Origin: Bacteroidales bacterium
GTDB lineage: Bacteria; Bacteroidota; Bacteroidia; Bacteroidales; WCHB1-69
Assembly: GCA_017649855.1 (NCBI GenBank)
Contig: JAGCGA010000032.1
Span: 50,230-114,229 of the forward strand
Direction: 5' to 3'
DNA: 64,000 nt
Shown here: positions 46,361 through 55,268 of the stretch, piece by piece
Layout: every line of letters starts with the position of its first letter
Position numbering within the stretch: the first letter of the stretch is position 1
Notes under the pieces: model-generated
Told to the model about the DNA's origin: nothing
Database searches by the model: none
Seen by the model: the letters and a program-made list of their open reading frames with translations, nothing else
Translations under genes and position numbers: made by a program

Positions 46361-48286
46361 TTACCATCTCCAGGAGGTCTGAACCCTCAGCTCTGTCTTG
46401 TGCGGTTTGTCGATTTGGTTAAGCCCGCTGCTGATGGTTGTGCGGTCCAGATAATAGGTCTGTCCAACCCGAATCCAGCAGGAGAAGGCTTTGTACTGCA
46501 GCCGGACGACCAGATAGCCCCGTATTCCTTTGTAGTAGTAGGAGCCGATGGTGAAGGCGTAGTAGACGTCATCTTCGTAAGCATACAGCCGTTCCTCATA
46601 GCGCTGGGTGTCGAAATAGGCGATGCGGCCGTGAAAGGCCAGACGCTCTTTCCAGCATTTGTGGCCGAAGTCCTGATAGAGTAGCAGTCCGGAAAAGTGC
46701 TCGAAGGGTTGGTCATAGACGTTCAGTTTCCAGACCAAGCCCGACTTGCAGGTGAGTCCTTGGAGAGGCTGGTATTGCCATTGGAATCGCAGACGGTGCA
46801 GATGTTGTTCCCGGACCCGCTTGTAGTGAAGGTCTTCGATGTTGATGGGCTTGTCGCGATATTGGTACCCTAGTGTCCAGTGGCTGTTCCGGGATAGGGA
46901 ACAGGTGAGGGTGGCGCCGGCATCCAGGATGCTGGCGGGCGCGTCCAACCGGTAAGAAGGATCATGCAGCTGGTAGTAGTCGAAATAGCTTTTGAGTTCC
47001 AGCCTTCGGGTGAGGATGTGCTGAAGGCTGATATAGACTCCGCTTTCGCTGTGGTTTTGGCTGTTGGCGCCGAGCGCATTGCCTAGGGGCGCCTCATAGT
47101 CGGGGTTGTAATGTCGCAGGATGACGGCCAACTGGGTGATGGCCGAGAGGGGTGCGACGATCCCCTGCAGCATGGCGGGTTTTCCTTGCGAGGTGATGGC
47201 CACTTCGCCGAAGAGGAGGATCTTGCGGATGGTCGTCTGGTAGTCGAGACCCACCGTGAGACTGCGGAAGGAGAGGGGAGGGTGGCCGGGCGGCCGCGGG
47301 GTGAGGGTGTCCCGAAGGAGCAGGCAGGCCACACGGCCGCCCAAACGGAAGTGCCGATGGGTGTAGGCCACGTTGGCCCCCGTGACATGTTGCGTTGTCC
47401 CAAAGCGATTTCCCCAGAACAACGTTCCTTGCAGCGAGGTGCTCCCCAAGGTGGCCGCCGCTCCCCGCAGAAAGTCCCCCTCGTTGGTGGGCGCGATAGC
47501 CCGGATGCCCGTGCTGAAGCGTCGCAACTGGCTGATGTCCCCACCACGGCCCGACAGCATCGCACTGCCTAGCACCAACCCCTGTCCGTAGTTGAGCCGA
47601 TAGTCGCCCACCACCGCCTGCCGGAGCAAGCCCATGTTCTTGAGGGAGAGACTGCCACTGTAGAAGTCGAAACCATAACGTTGCGCGCCCCGGAAAAACT
47701 GCTCCCCGGCATCCTTCTCTCCTGAAATCTTGAGGGCCAGCTTGTCTTGCGATTCGAAGGTGTATCGGAAGCACAGATGGTCCCGCGAGCCCGGATAGTG
47801 ACTGCTGCGCGCGGTGTCATAACCGGCCTGCCGCTCCAGCACCCAGCTGTCGCGCAACGTCAGGGTGCTCCGATGCTTCTTCCACAGATTCCGCCAGAAC
47901 TCCTGCTTTACCGGCACGGGCTCAGCCACTACCCTGTTCCTTAGCCGCTGTACGTCCTGCTCGCTGAAACCGGCGATGGCCGCCAACTCGTAAATGCTGA
48001 CCAGCGGCCCTGTCTCTTCCAGGTATAACTGCAGCTGATAGTATTGATAGTCAGATAGCTGCAAACGCTGTATCGCTGCCTCGTAAGATAGCGCGTTGAG
48101 ATTCATCTTGCCGCTGTCATCCTCCAGGAGCTCCAAGATCTCCTCGCTCGCAGCAGTCTCTTCCGCGGCCTCCCCGACAGCCTCCCAGCGCTGTTCCATC
48201 TGCTCCAAGAAGTAAAGGCTGTCGGTCTGGCCGATGGCGGTCCCCATCATCAAGCATATCGCTATCGTGATGCTGTGCTTCTTCAT
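46361..48286 (-). CDS. helix-hairpin-helix (ComEA-like) domain protein with large predicted beta-barrel C-terminal region
   Basis: The start is moved to MKKHSITIAICLMM (ATG 48284-48286), which overlaps the upstream stop as ATGA. The HhH-like segment reads MNLNALSYEAAIQRLQLSDYQ...SIYELAAIAGFSEQDVQRL. The protein ends in an aromatic residue (SWRW). Confidence 0.65.
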   Translation of the reverse strand: MKKHSITIAICLMMGTAIGQTDSLYFLEQMEQRWEAVGEAAEETAASEEILELLEDDSGKMNLNALSYEAAIQRLQLSDYQYYQLQLYLEETGPLVSIYELAAIAGFSEQDVQRLRNRVVAEPVPVKQEFWRNLWKKHRSTLTLRDSWVLERQAGYDTARSSHYPGSRDHLCFRYTFESQDKLALKISGEKDAGEQFFRGAQRYGFDFYSGSLSLKNMGLLRQAVVGDYRLNYGQGLVLGSAMLSGRGGDISQLRRFSTGIRAIAPTNEGDFLRGAAATLGSTSLQGTLFWGNRFGTTQHVTGANVAYTHRHFRLGGRVACLLLRDTLTPRPPGHPPLSFRSLTVGLDYQTTIRKILLFGEVAITSQGKPAMLQGIVAPLSAITQLAVILRHYNPDYEAPLGNALGANSQNHSESGVYISLQHILTRRLELKSYFDYYQLHDPSYRLDAPASILDAGATLTCSLSRNSHWTLGYQYRDKPINIEDLHYKRVREQHLHRLRFQWQYQPLQGLTCKSGLVWKLNVYDQPFEHFSGLLLYQDFGHKCWKERLAFHGRIAYFDTQRYEERLYAYEDDVYYAFTIGSYYYKGIRGYLVVRLQYKAFSCWIRVGQTYYLDRTTISSGLNQIDKPHKTELRVQTSWRW

Positions 48287-49059
48287 GACGGCTTGGCTTG
48301 ACTTTGATACAGTAATTCGATCGATGGCGTGATCCCTGTCCGATAGTACCAGTCGCCCTGCACGAGGAGCCGCAAGGTGCGCCAGCCGACGGATATTCCG
48401 ACGCCACACCGCATGTTGCTGCAGGTGAGATGGAACGATACCGCCCGTTTGGGTGTGTAGTGCGCCATGCTCCCTATCTCGAACCCTATCGGCAACCGCT
48501 TCTCGATGTTCAGGTCTAACAGAACCGTACGCCCTGCAGCATAACGCAGCATCACGTTGAACGACATGGGGATCACCTCCTGACCCACGATGCCATATTT
48601 CATGCGTATGGGATTGTACAACGTCACCGCTAATAGCAGCTTTTGACTCATCTGATAGGCCATGGAGAGGTGGATGGTGAAGGAGTGCACACCTGGATAG
48701 TGGCGGGCATGTCGCCATAGGTAGCATCCCTGCAGGACCACGCCTACCTGCTTCCCGAACCTCCGACCGTATCCGAGTCGGCACTCCATCGTCCCAAAGC
48801 CGGTGAATCCAATATGCCGGATGCTCCACAACAAGCCGTTGCCTTGGAAGGTATGACTTCCCGCCCATTCCATGTCTGAGATCTCCTTGGTTAAGAAGTG
48901 AGGCTGATATTGACCATATACGACGTGCCCATTCTCCCAAAGGAGGGTGGCGGGGTGGTGGGCAAGCAGGCAATGTCCCGCCCCAAACATGCCCTGACCC
49001 GATGCCACCCCTGATAAGAGTATGCAGAAAAGCCCCAGATAGTATTTTGTCCGCGTCAT
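48283..49059 (-). CDS. hypothetical outer-membrane beta-barrel-like protein
   Basis: I placed the start at MTRTKYYLGLFCILLSGVASGQ (49059) because the TAnnTTTG box at 49081-49088 overlaps the longer start. The sequence has an alternating hydrophobic pattern. Confidence 0.55.
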   Translation of the reverse strand: MTRTKYYLGLFCILLSGVASGQGMFGAGHCLLAHHPATLLWENGHVVYGQYQPHFLTKEISDMEWAGSHTFQGNGLLWSIRHIGFTGFGTMECRLGYGRRFGKQVGVVLQGCYLWRHARHYPGVHSFTIHLSMAYQMSQKLLLAVTLYNPIRMKYGIVGQEVIPMSFNVMLRYAAGRTVLLDLNIEKRLPIGFEIGSMAHYTPKRAVSFHLTCSNMRCGVGISVGWRTLRLLVQGDWYYRTGITPSIELLYQSQAKPS

Positions 49060-49080
49060 AGTCGTTTGTTTTTCCAGCGG

Positions 49081-49088
49081 CAAAAATA
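49081..49088 (-). promoter_or_regulatory. -7 type promoter box TATTTTTG
   Basis: Exact TAnnTTTG on the minus strand, 22 nt upstream of the ATG at 49059. Confidence 0.5.
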
Positions 49089-49208
49089 CGATGAATTTTA
49101 TTTAATTGCAAATAAAAATCAATAAATTATTTAAATTTACAATTGATAGTAAAAGATAAAAAGGGGGTATGCCTATTGGCACAGACTCTCCTTTCGCGGT
49201 GGGTGGGC

Positions 49209-49919
49209 CTAGTGCAAGACCGAGGCAAGGATCTCCACGGAGGTGATCTGGCGCAGTTGGTCGTTGTGAATTTGGTAATAGCGGATGAGGTAATGGAGCA
49301 GGTTCATCCGGACCTGTCGGGTTGTGGCGGGGGCCGATTCTGTGATGAGCTGGTGGAGGTACAGGCTCTCTTCCGCCGGCATGGTGTCCTGCTCGTCCCA
49401 CAGATAGGGTTGGAATTGTCCGTTTTGTAGGGAGAAGTAGGGATTCTGCGCAGAGTAGTTGTCTTCGGGAACAATACCTAGAAGGATGCTCAGGCGGATC
49501 AGAAACTGGAGAGGCAGGATGTTGAGTGTCACCTCCGGGGAGGTCAGTTTCAGGATCTCTTCTTCCAGAAAATGGAAAAGGACAGGGTCTTCGCCGGCGT
49601 CGTATAGCAGCTTGTATAACAGCTCGCAGTAGAACATCCGGATGGTGGTCACCGCCGGGTCGAAGTCGCATGGGGAGGCGTCGTGCCGGAGATCGGCATC
49701 CTTGAGGTATTTGAGTTTGTTGAGGTAATGGTCGTCGAAGGTGATGTTGAGCAGAGCCAGCGGGGCAAACAGGGAGGCGCGGAGGTTTTTCTTCTTGGAG
49801 AAGGCGTTTTTGATGATAAAGGATTGGGTGCCGTGTTTCTCAGTGAAGAGTTTGACGATGATGGAGGTGTCGGAGTATTTGGTGGAGTGAAGCACTATGC
49901 CTTGGGTGGAGACATACAT
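49209..49919 (-). CDS. recO: DNA repair protein RecO
   Basis: 236 aa. The N-terminal OB-fold pattern is MYVSTQGIVLHSTKYSDTSIIVKLFTEKHG. Confidence 0.8.
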   Translation of the reverse strand: MYVSTQGIVLHSTKYSDTSIIVKLFTEKHGTQSFIIKNAFSKKKNLRASLFAPLALLNITFDDHYLNKLKYLKDADLRHDASPCDFDPAVTTIRMFYCELLYKLLYDAGEDPVLFHFLEEEILKLTSPEVTLNILPLQFLIRLSILLGIVPEDNYSAQNPYFSLQNGQFQPYLWDEQDTMPAEESLYLHQLITESAPATTRQVRMNLLHYLIRYYQIHNDQLRQITSVEILASVLH

Positions 49920-49934
49920 GGCCGTGAGTGTTTG

Positions 49935-52298
49935 TTAGTTGATAAACAGGAACTTGCCGGCGATGTGCTCTTTGCCGTTCTCATCAGACACCATGACATA
50001 GTACACGCCGGTGGCGGGGCGTCGGCCGTAGAAATCGGTGCAATTCCAGACCACCTGTCCTCCGTTGCTGTAGCCTTGCCAGATCAGTTTGCCGAGGGAG
50101 TCGGTGATCTTGCAGAGGGAGTGCTCTTTCAGCCCGCGAATGGCCACCACGCCGGAATAGTCGTGGCGCACGGGATTGGGGTAGATGAACAGTTCGTCCT
50201 GGTATTTCTCGAATCCCCGGATGGCATCGCCCCGGTAGCTGACGAGCCCTTTGTCGGTGGCAAAGAACACTTCGCCGCTGATGTCGTCAATGCAAATGTT
50301 CTTGATGCTGTTGGATAACAGGGGATGGTCTTCGGCGGTGAAATGAAGGAGTTGGGTCTGCCCGTCTTCGCTCATCAGGAAGACGCCTGCTTTGCTGGTG
50401 CCGATCCATTTCCGGTTGGCACCGTCCACGGCGATGGCGGTGACCTCTTCCCACTCGAACAAGACCGACACATAGCCATCCTGTTCGAGGAGGATGTTGC
50501 GCGGAGTGGCCGTGCCCTTGAAGACATTCTGGGGGTAATAGATGACCTTGACCCCCTTGTCCGTCCCCAGCCAGATCTCCCCATCCAGATCCTCGGCGAT
50601 GCAATAGACGGTGGAGGAGGCGACCTCGGCGGTGGCATTCATGCTTATCCCGATGAACTGGTCGTCACCGGGGTTGTCGTAGGTGCCGTTCTCGTTGAAG
50701 GCAACCAAGTTGTATCGGTTCAGCGAGGAGTTGCGGGGGAAGGTGATCCATTTGTACCCCCGGGAGTCCACCAACACATCCTTAGCCACAACGCCGAGGG
50801 GCGAGGAAACCAGCACCCCGCGAGTGATGTTGTACTCGTGCCAGGTTCCGTTGGGCTCCAGCATCTTCAACATATTGTCCGTCTGGCTGTTGGTAATCCA
50901 TAAGTTGCCTTTGCTGTCGAAGTCCAGACCCGACACAAAGGTGAAGCCGTTGGCGTTGGGTTCCAAAGGTGAGTTGTCGTTGAGGTAATGGACCACGGGC
51001 CGGTGCTTGTCACACTTGAAGAGCCCCTCGCCCCAGGAGGCCACGTACCACTCGTCCTCGTTGTTCGGGTTGATGATGACATTGACCAAGTCGGAGACGG
51101 GCAGACTGTCGGTGAAGTTGACAAAGTCATTGGCGTTGGAAGCCCACTGCTGGTTTTGATACCAGCTGAGAGAGGGGAACAGGAATCCTTTGGCATAGGT
51201 GGAGTTGCTGTATTGGCCGGGCACGATGGCAGTGATGCCGTTATGGCTGCACATCCCCAGCACATTGTTGCTGAAAGGTCCTGAAGAAGTGTAATATTTT
51301 TTGTAGAAGTAAGTCCGATTGCACAACACCAACCCGAGAGACTGGTCTGTTACCCAGATGTTGTCCTGATCCAACACGGTTTCCATGGCTTGCGGGTATC
51401 CGCCCTCTTCGGGATACCAGACAGCGGTGAAGACCTCCTGCATGTCTGTGTTGAACACTTGGACGAAGTCCCAATTGCAGATGGCCATCTCGGTCCCGTT
51501 GCTGTAGAGGTCGCGCACGTCTTGAAAGGTCAGCGTTGTGGGTGTCCAGCTCCCTTGGTCCAGGGCGTACAGCGTGTAAAGAGTCTCTTCTGCCAAGATG
51601 TCAGGCTTGCGCACGGCGAACAGGGTCTCGCCGAAATAGCAAAGCTGTCGGAACTCCACTCCGGAAGTCTCAGGCGCCAAACGCCACTCCCCGAAATTGG
51701 CAGGGTTTACATAACTCCGGGAGATGCTGAAGATACCTTTGTCGGTGCTGATGACGTAGTCCGTGGCGGTGATGGCAAAGTCGTAGGCGTGGTACATGAC
51801 ATTGCTGGTCTTGGTGAACCAGGTGTCTTCGATCAACAACTCATCGATGTTGATGATGACCACCCCGAAGGGATAGACCAGGTAGGCAAGACCATCGCTG
51901 CAGTGTATCTCGGAGAGCTCTTTGGAACTGGAGATTTGCCGCTCCTTGATGTTGTTGATGTTGAAGAGCTTGTCGTCTTTGATGAAGTCCAGGTTGCCAT
52001 TGATGTAGCTGACGATAAGGGTCTTGGTTTCCACATCATAGTACACCTTGTTGATGTCCACGTCGGAGAGGCCGTCCACTTTGGTCCAGGAACTTGTGGC
52101 TGGGCGGTCGTCATTCATGGTGGACTTCTGCAGGAGCATCAAGCCGTTTTCGGCGGCGGCATATACATAGTCGTCGGTGACAGCCAGAGAGTGGAAGCTG
52201 TGCAGCGGGATGTGGGTGCTGAACTTGCCTATGGCCGACTGGCAATGCAGGGCCAGACAGAGCATCATACAACCTATGGTTAGCAATAATCGATTCAT
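49935..52298 (-). CDS. beta-propeller repeat protein with T9SS C-terminal domain, PorZ-like
   Basis: 787 aa with a signal peptide. It has two-component-regulator-propeller-like repeats and GLSDVDINKVYYD...YINGNLDF. The C-terminal sorting domain reads IYPNPV...GVYYVMVSDENG. Confidence 0.55.
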   Translation of the reverse strand: MNRLLLTIGCMMLCLALHCQSAIGKFSTHIPLHSFHSLAVTDDYVYAAAENGLMLLQKSTMNDDRPATSSWTKVDGLSDVDINKVYYDVETKTLIVSYINGNLDFIKDDKLFNINNIKERQISSSKELSEIHCSDGLAYLVYPFGVVIINIDELLIEDTWFTKTSNVMYHAYDFAITATDYVISTDKGIFSISRSYVNPANFGEWRLAPETSGVEFRQLCYFGETLFAVRKPDILAEETLYTLYALDQGSWTPTTLTFQDVRDLYSNGTEMAICNWDFVQVFNTDMQEVFTAVWYPEEGGYPQAMETVLDQDNIWVTDQSLGLVLCNRTYFYKKYYTSSGPFSNNVLGMCSHNGITAIVPGQYSNSTYAKGFLFPSLSWYQNQQWASNANDFVNFTDSLPVSDLVNVIINPNNEDEWYVASWGEGLFKCDKHRPVVHYLNDNSPLEPNANGFTFVSGLDFDSKGNLWITNSQTDNMLKMLEPNGTWHEYNITRGVLVSSPLGVVAKDVLVDSRGYKWITFPRNSSLNRYNLVAFNENGTYDNPGDDQFIGISMNATAEVASSTVYCIAEDLDGEIWLGTDKGVKVIYYPQNVFKGTATPRNILLEQDGYVSVLFEWEEVTAIAVDGANRKWIGTSKAGVFLMSEDGQTQLLHFTAEDHPLLSNSIKNICIDDISGEVFFATDKGLVSYRGDAIRGFEKYQDELFIYPNPVRHDYSGVVAIRGLKEHSLCKITDSLGKLIWQGYSNGGQVVWNCTDFYGRRPATGVYYVMVSDENGKEHIAGKFLFIN

Positions 52299-53539
52299 AT
52301 CATGGATGTTTTGTTGATGGATTTTTTGAGCATGTGGGCAGGCAGGATGGCAGTGAGGACGTTGATCAGCAAGATGGTGATCAAGATGAGCAGGAGATCG
52401 GTAAGGTGCATCTCGACCGGATAGTAGGGGATGGCATAGTAGCCGTCGCCACCGCCCAGCTTGATGAGGTGGAAGGTCTGTTGCAGCCAGCAGACGATCA
52501 CGCCGAGGAGGATGCCTAAGATGCCGCCGATGAGGGATACGGCCATGCCTTCGTACAGGAAGATACGCTGGATCAGCGATGGCGATGCCCCCAGACTGTA
52601 GAGGATGGCATTGTCGCGCTGCTTCTCCAGCACGAGCATGCCGATGGCCCCGATGATGTTGAAGGCAGCCACAAAGAGGATGAAGGCCAGTATGATGTAG
52701 GTGACCAGCTTCTCCGACTGCATGGTCTTGAAGAGGGTCTCCTCCTGCTGTTGCTGATTCTTGACGACAAAAGAGGGCCCGACGATGGTCTCTATCTCAT
52801 GTTGTAGTTTTTTGACATCGGCAGACGGATTCGTGTAGATGGCCATGGAGGTCGCCTGATCCTGATAATGCATCAGGTTGCGGGCGAACTCGATGGGACA
52901 GACAAGATAGTTCTGGTCGTGGTCGGTGTTGGAGGCGAAGACGCCGGTGGGGTAGAGGTAGTCGGTATTGAAGGCGCTGGCGGGGTCGGCGAGGTTCTTT
53001 TTGGTGCGCTTGGGGTAATAGACCTTCAGCAGGTCGTAGCTCTTCAGGTTGACGAGCAGCTTGCCCGCCGCCACGGTGCCGAGGTTGGCGCAGGCCTGCT
53101 CCCCGTAGTAGGGGCGCGCGTCCCCGTCCACGAGCACGTCGGCATACACCTGCATCGTGCGCGAGCCCGTGTCCACGCCGATCAACTGCAGCAGCTCCTG
53201 CCGGTCTTGGTAGGTCACCAAGGCCAAGTCGCTGACCATCTCGTCCACCTCGGTGACCCCATCGAGGTGCTGGAGCTTCTCCATGGGAAACTCTGCCGTC
53301 TCAAATGACTTGCCCTCCCGGAGCGTGATCATGAAGTCGGGGTTGTTGTCGTTGAACCAGCCGCTGATAGTCTCCTCCAGTCCGTTGAAGACGGAGAGGA
53401 CGATGACCAATGCCGCCGTGCACACCATGATGCCCACCATCGAGACGATGGAGATGACATTGATGATGTTGTGTTTCTTGCGGGACACAACATATCGCTT
53501 GGCGATGAAAAAGGCGGTCTGACGGCTGGCAGATTTCAC
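52295..53539 (-). CDS. FtsX-like ABC transporter permease (LolC/E-like)
   Basis: 414 aa. TM1, a large periplasmic loop and three C-terminal TM helices match the MacB/FtsX topology. Confidence 0.75.
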   Translation of the reverse strand: MKSASRQTAFFIAKRYVVSRKKHNIINVISIVSMVGIMVCTAALVIVLSVFNGLEETISGWFNDNNPDFMITLREGKSFETAEFPMEKLQHLDGVTEVDEMVSDLALVTYQDRQELLQLIGVDTGSRTMQVYADVLVDGDARPYYGEQACANLGTVAAGKLLVNLKSYDLLKVYYPKRTKKNLADPASAFNTDYLYPTGVFASNTDHDQNYLVCPIEFARNLMHYQDQATSMAIYTNPSADVKKLQHEIETIVGPSFVVKNQQQQEETLFKTMQSEKLVTYIILAFILFVAAFNIIGAIGMLVLEKQRDNAILYSLGASPSLIQRIFLYEGMAVSLIGGILGILLGVIVCWLQQTFHLIKLGGGDGYYAIPYYPVEMHLTDLLLILITILLINVLTAILPAHMLKKSINKTSMI

Positions 53540-53541
53540 GG

Positions 53542-53877
53542 CTATTGTTTCAGCAGTTCGTCAATGTGTTCGATATAGTCCAAGGTGTCGTCCAGGAAGA
53601 ACTCCAGCTGAGGCACTACGCGCAACTGGTTGCGGATGCGCTGCCCCAAGCGGAAACGGATGTCCTTGGTGTTGGCGCGCACCGCAGCCACGATGGCCTC
53701 TTTGTCAGGCGCCATATAGACGCTCAAATAGGCCCTCGCAATGGAAAGGTCAGACGTGATGGTCGTCTTCGTCACCGTGATGAGGCAGTTGTAAATGTTT
53801 CGACCGTCGGCTACAAAGATGTTGGCCAACTCTTTTTGCAATAATGCTGCTATCTTATTCTGTCTTGTCGTATTCAT
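53542..53877 (-). CDS. rbfA: ribosome-binding factor A
   Basis: The start is moved to MNTTRQNKIAALLQKELANIF (ATG 53875-53877), giving 111 aa. The upstream part of the 221-aa ORF is non-coding-like. Confidence 0.85.
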   Translation of the reverse strand: MNTTRQNKIAALLQKELANIFVADGRNIYNCLITVTKTTITSDLSIARAYLSVYMAPDKEAIVAAVRANTKDIRFRLGQRIRNQLRVVPQLEFFLDDTLDYIEHIDELLKQ

Positions 53878-53908
53878 ACTAAAATATCCTATCGTGATAA
53901 TCAGGCGG

Positions 53909-53916
53909 CAAAGATA
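53909..53916 (-). promoter_or_regulatory. -7 type promoter box TATCTTTG
   Basis: Exact TAnnTTTG on the minus strand, 32 nt upstream of the rbfA ATG. Confidence 0.5.
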
Positions 53917-53940
53917 CGCATTTTGTTGGAAATAGCGATT

Positions 53941-53990
53941 AGGAGTTGTTGGGTGGGAGGTGAGGGAGTTAGAAGTTAGGCAAAGTGAGA
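53941..53990. repeat. word tract with GGGAGTTAG head (plus sense)
   Basis: The sequence is aggagttgttgggtgggaggtgagggagttagaagttaggcaaagtgaga. It overlaps the end of the RT fragment. Confidence 0.75.
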
Positions 53991-54331
53991 CTAATTGTTT
54001 TGAAGCCAACGATACTTGGCTTGTCACGATGCCATCCCGAATTGCCCCGGAGAGGCGTGATCTCAATAACCCCAGACAAATGGTGAACGATGTGATCGCG
54101 AGAATCGGCAGCGAATACTTCTCTTTTCTTCGGGCCGGTAATGATGAAGCAAGTAGAAGATTTTGGAGAGTAGGTTCGTGTGTAGAGTTCATTACACAAC
54201 GTATCAAAATTATTCCTCAAGTCGGTTTCAAACCTTTGCTGATAAAGTTTGAATCGTTTGTGGCGGCGAGCATCAAGCCAAGCCTGACTCAGGCGGCCGT
54301 TGTCCTCTTGGGTGTGTGGGGGCGGAACAAG
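53969..54331 (-). pseudogene. reverse transcriptase N-terminal fragment (DGR/retron-type RT remnant)
   Basis: The frame reads ...GRLSQAWLDARRHKRFKLYQQRFETDLRNNFDTLCNELYTRTYSPKSSTCFIITGPKKREVFAADSRDHIVHHL... This matches the xNLxxAxxxxxxxKR / Y.P / PKKRE.F.A..RD.IVHH pattern of RT domains 0-2. There is no ATG or GTG start. Similarity ends after HHL, and motifs 3-7 (YxDD) are absent. Confidence 0.6.
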
Positions 54332-54333
54332 GG

Positions 54334-55065
54334 TTAGTGCTGACTGGCACGCACCGCACGCACAGGATATCCCTCATAGCGGTAGCTGGCGGAGGCGTAC
54401 ATGCCCTCGCGACCCGAGCTGAATCCGAAGGCCCACGCGAGCCCCGGGTAGTCCAGGTACAGCGCACTCGACCAGTAGAAGCCGAACTCACCCGTGCCAT
54501 CGATACTCGGGCCGAAGGGGGCGCCGGCAGCGGGCAGGAAGAGGCTCTTACCATTGGATCCGGTCAGAAGGTGGCCGTTAACCCCATTTAGAACAATCCA
54601 AATGCTGGTAGTGTAGTCTATCAACTCTTCCCACTCGTTTTTAGTCGGTGTGCGGGCTCCACCGCCAAGGTTAGCCGTGGCGGCATCGTCAGAGGCCTGA
54701 AGGATGGTCTGGTTGTCTGTAAAGCCGTTAAGACCGTATGAAGCCTTATTGCAGTATTTAGTGAGCTTACCGTCGTCATTGCCGAATGCGTAGGTGCTCC
54801 AGCTATAGACATTCTTCGGGGTGGTCTCGCCCCAAGCGTAATAATTACCATAGTCCTCGAGGGCGCTGGCACCCACATTCCGATCTGCCCACAAGAGACC
54901 GCTCGGCAACCCGAGGTCAACCCAAACAACAGAAGACGAGTTGCCGCCATTATTGCCACCATTGTTGCCGCCATTGTTGTCGCCATTGTTGTCTTCTCTG
55001 TCGCAGGACTGTAGCCCCACACCTAACAGAATTGCAACCATAAAAAATAAAACTGATCTTTTCAT
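54334..55065 (-). CDS. lipoprotein with lectin-like FISUMP/DUF1566-type domain (DGR-target-like C-terminus)
   Basis: 243 aa with a lipobox (GLQSC) and an (NNGG)n linker. Motifs seen: GLPSGLLWADRNVGA, YYAWGE, PTKNEWEEL, LPAAG and GFYWSS. It ends YEGYPVRAVRASQH. Confidence 0.7.
   Translation of the reverse strand: MKRSVLFFMVAILLGVGLQSCDREDNNGDNNGGNNGGNNGGNSSSVVWVDLGLPSGLLWADRNVGASALEDYGNYYAWGETTPKNVYSWSTYAFGNDDGKLTKYCNKASYGLNGFTDNQTILQASDDAATANLGGGARTPTKNEWEELIDYTTSIWIVLNGVNGHLLTGSNGKSLFLPAAGAPFGPSIDGTGEFGFYWSSALYLDYPGLAWAFGFSSGREGMYASASYRYEGYPVRAVRASQH
54943..54990. repeat. 4 x 12-bp coding tandem repeat (GCCNCCATTRTT), encoding the NNGG linker
   Basis: Read directly: gccgccattatt gccaccattgtt gccgccattgtt gtcgccattgtt. 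Confidence 0.9.
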
Positions 55066-55260
55066 CGCAAAATATGTCCGAGGACCTCGGTTTTCTCTTA
55101 ATCATGACGTTCTCATACCCTGCGAGGTCCTTTGAACAGGATATGGGAAAACATCGCTGCAAATATATAAATATTTTACAAATGTACAAATATTTTATTG
55201 ATTATATTGTTTATTTATTAATAAAGTGAAATTTTTTGTGAGAATAACCGAAGTTTCGTT

Positions 55261-55268
55261 TATTTTTG
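55261..55268 (+). promoter_or_regulatory. orphan -7 type promoter box TATTTTTG
   Basis: Exact TAnnTTTG with no annotated gene downstream. A GC-rich ~100-nt segment follows, then the repeat tracts. Confidence 0.35.

Noticed and set aside
46361-49111. 916-aa ORF in the track
   Set aside because: Its first 275 codons are Arg/Pro/His-rich nonsense. They overlap, in another frame, a better gene (48283-49059) that has a signal peptide. A clean signal-peptide start, MKKHSITIAICLMM, sits at 48286 and is ATGA-coupled to that gene.
53960-54337. 125-aa plus-strand ORF between rbfA and the lipoprotein gene
   Set aside because: The minus strand here shows specific RT-like similarity (PKKREVFAADSRDHIVHH). 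The plus-strand product has no features and starts inside repeat DNA.
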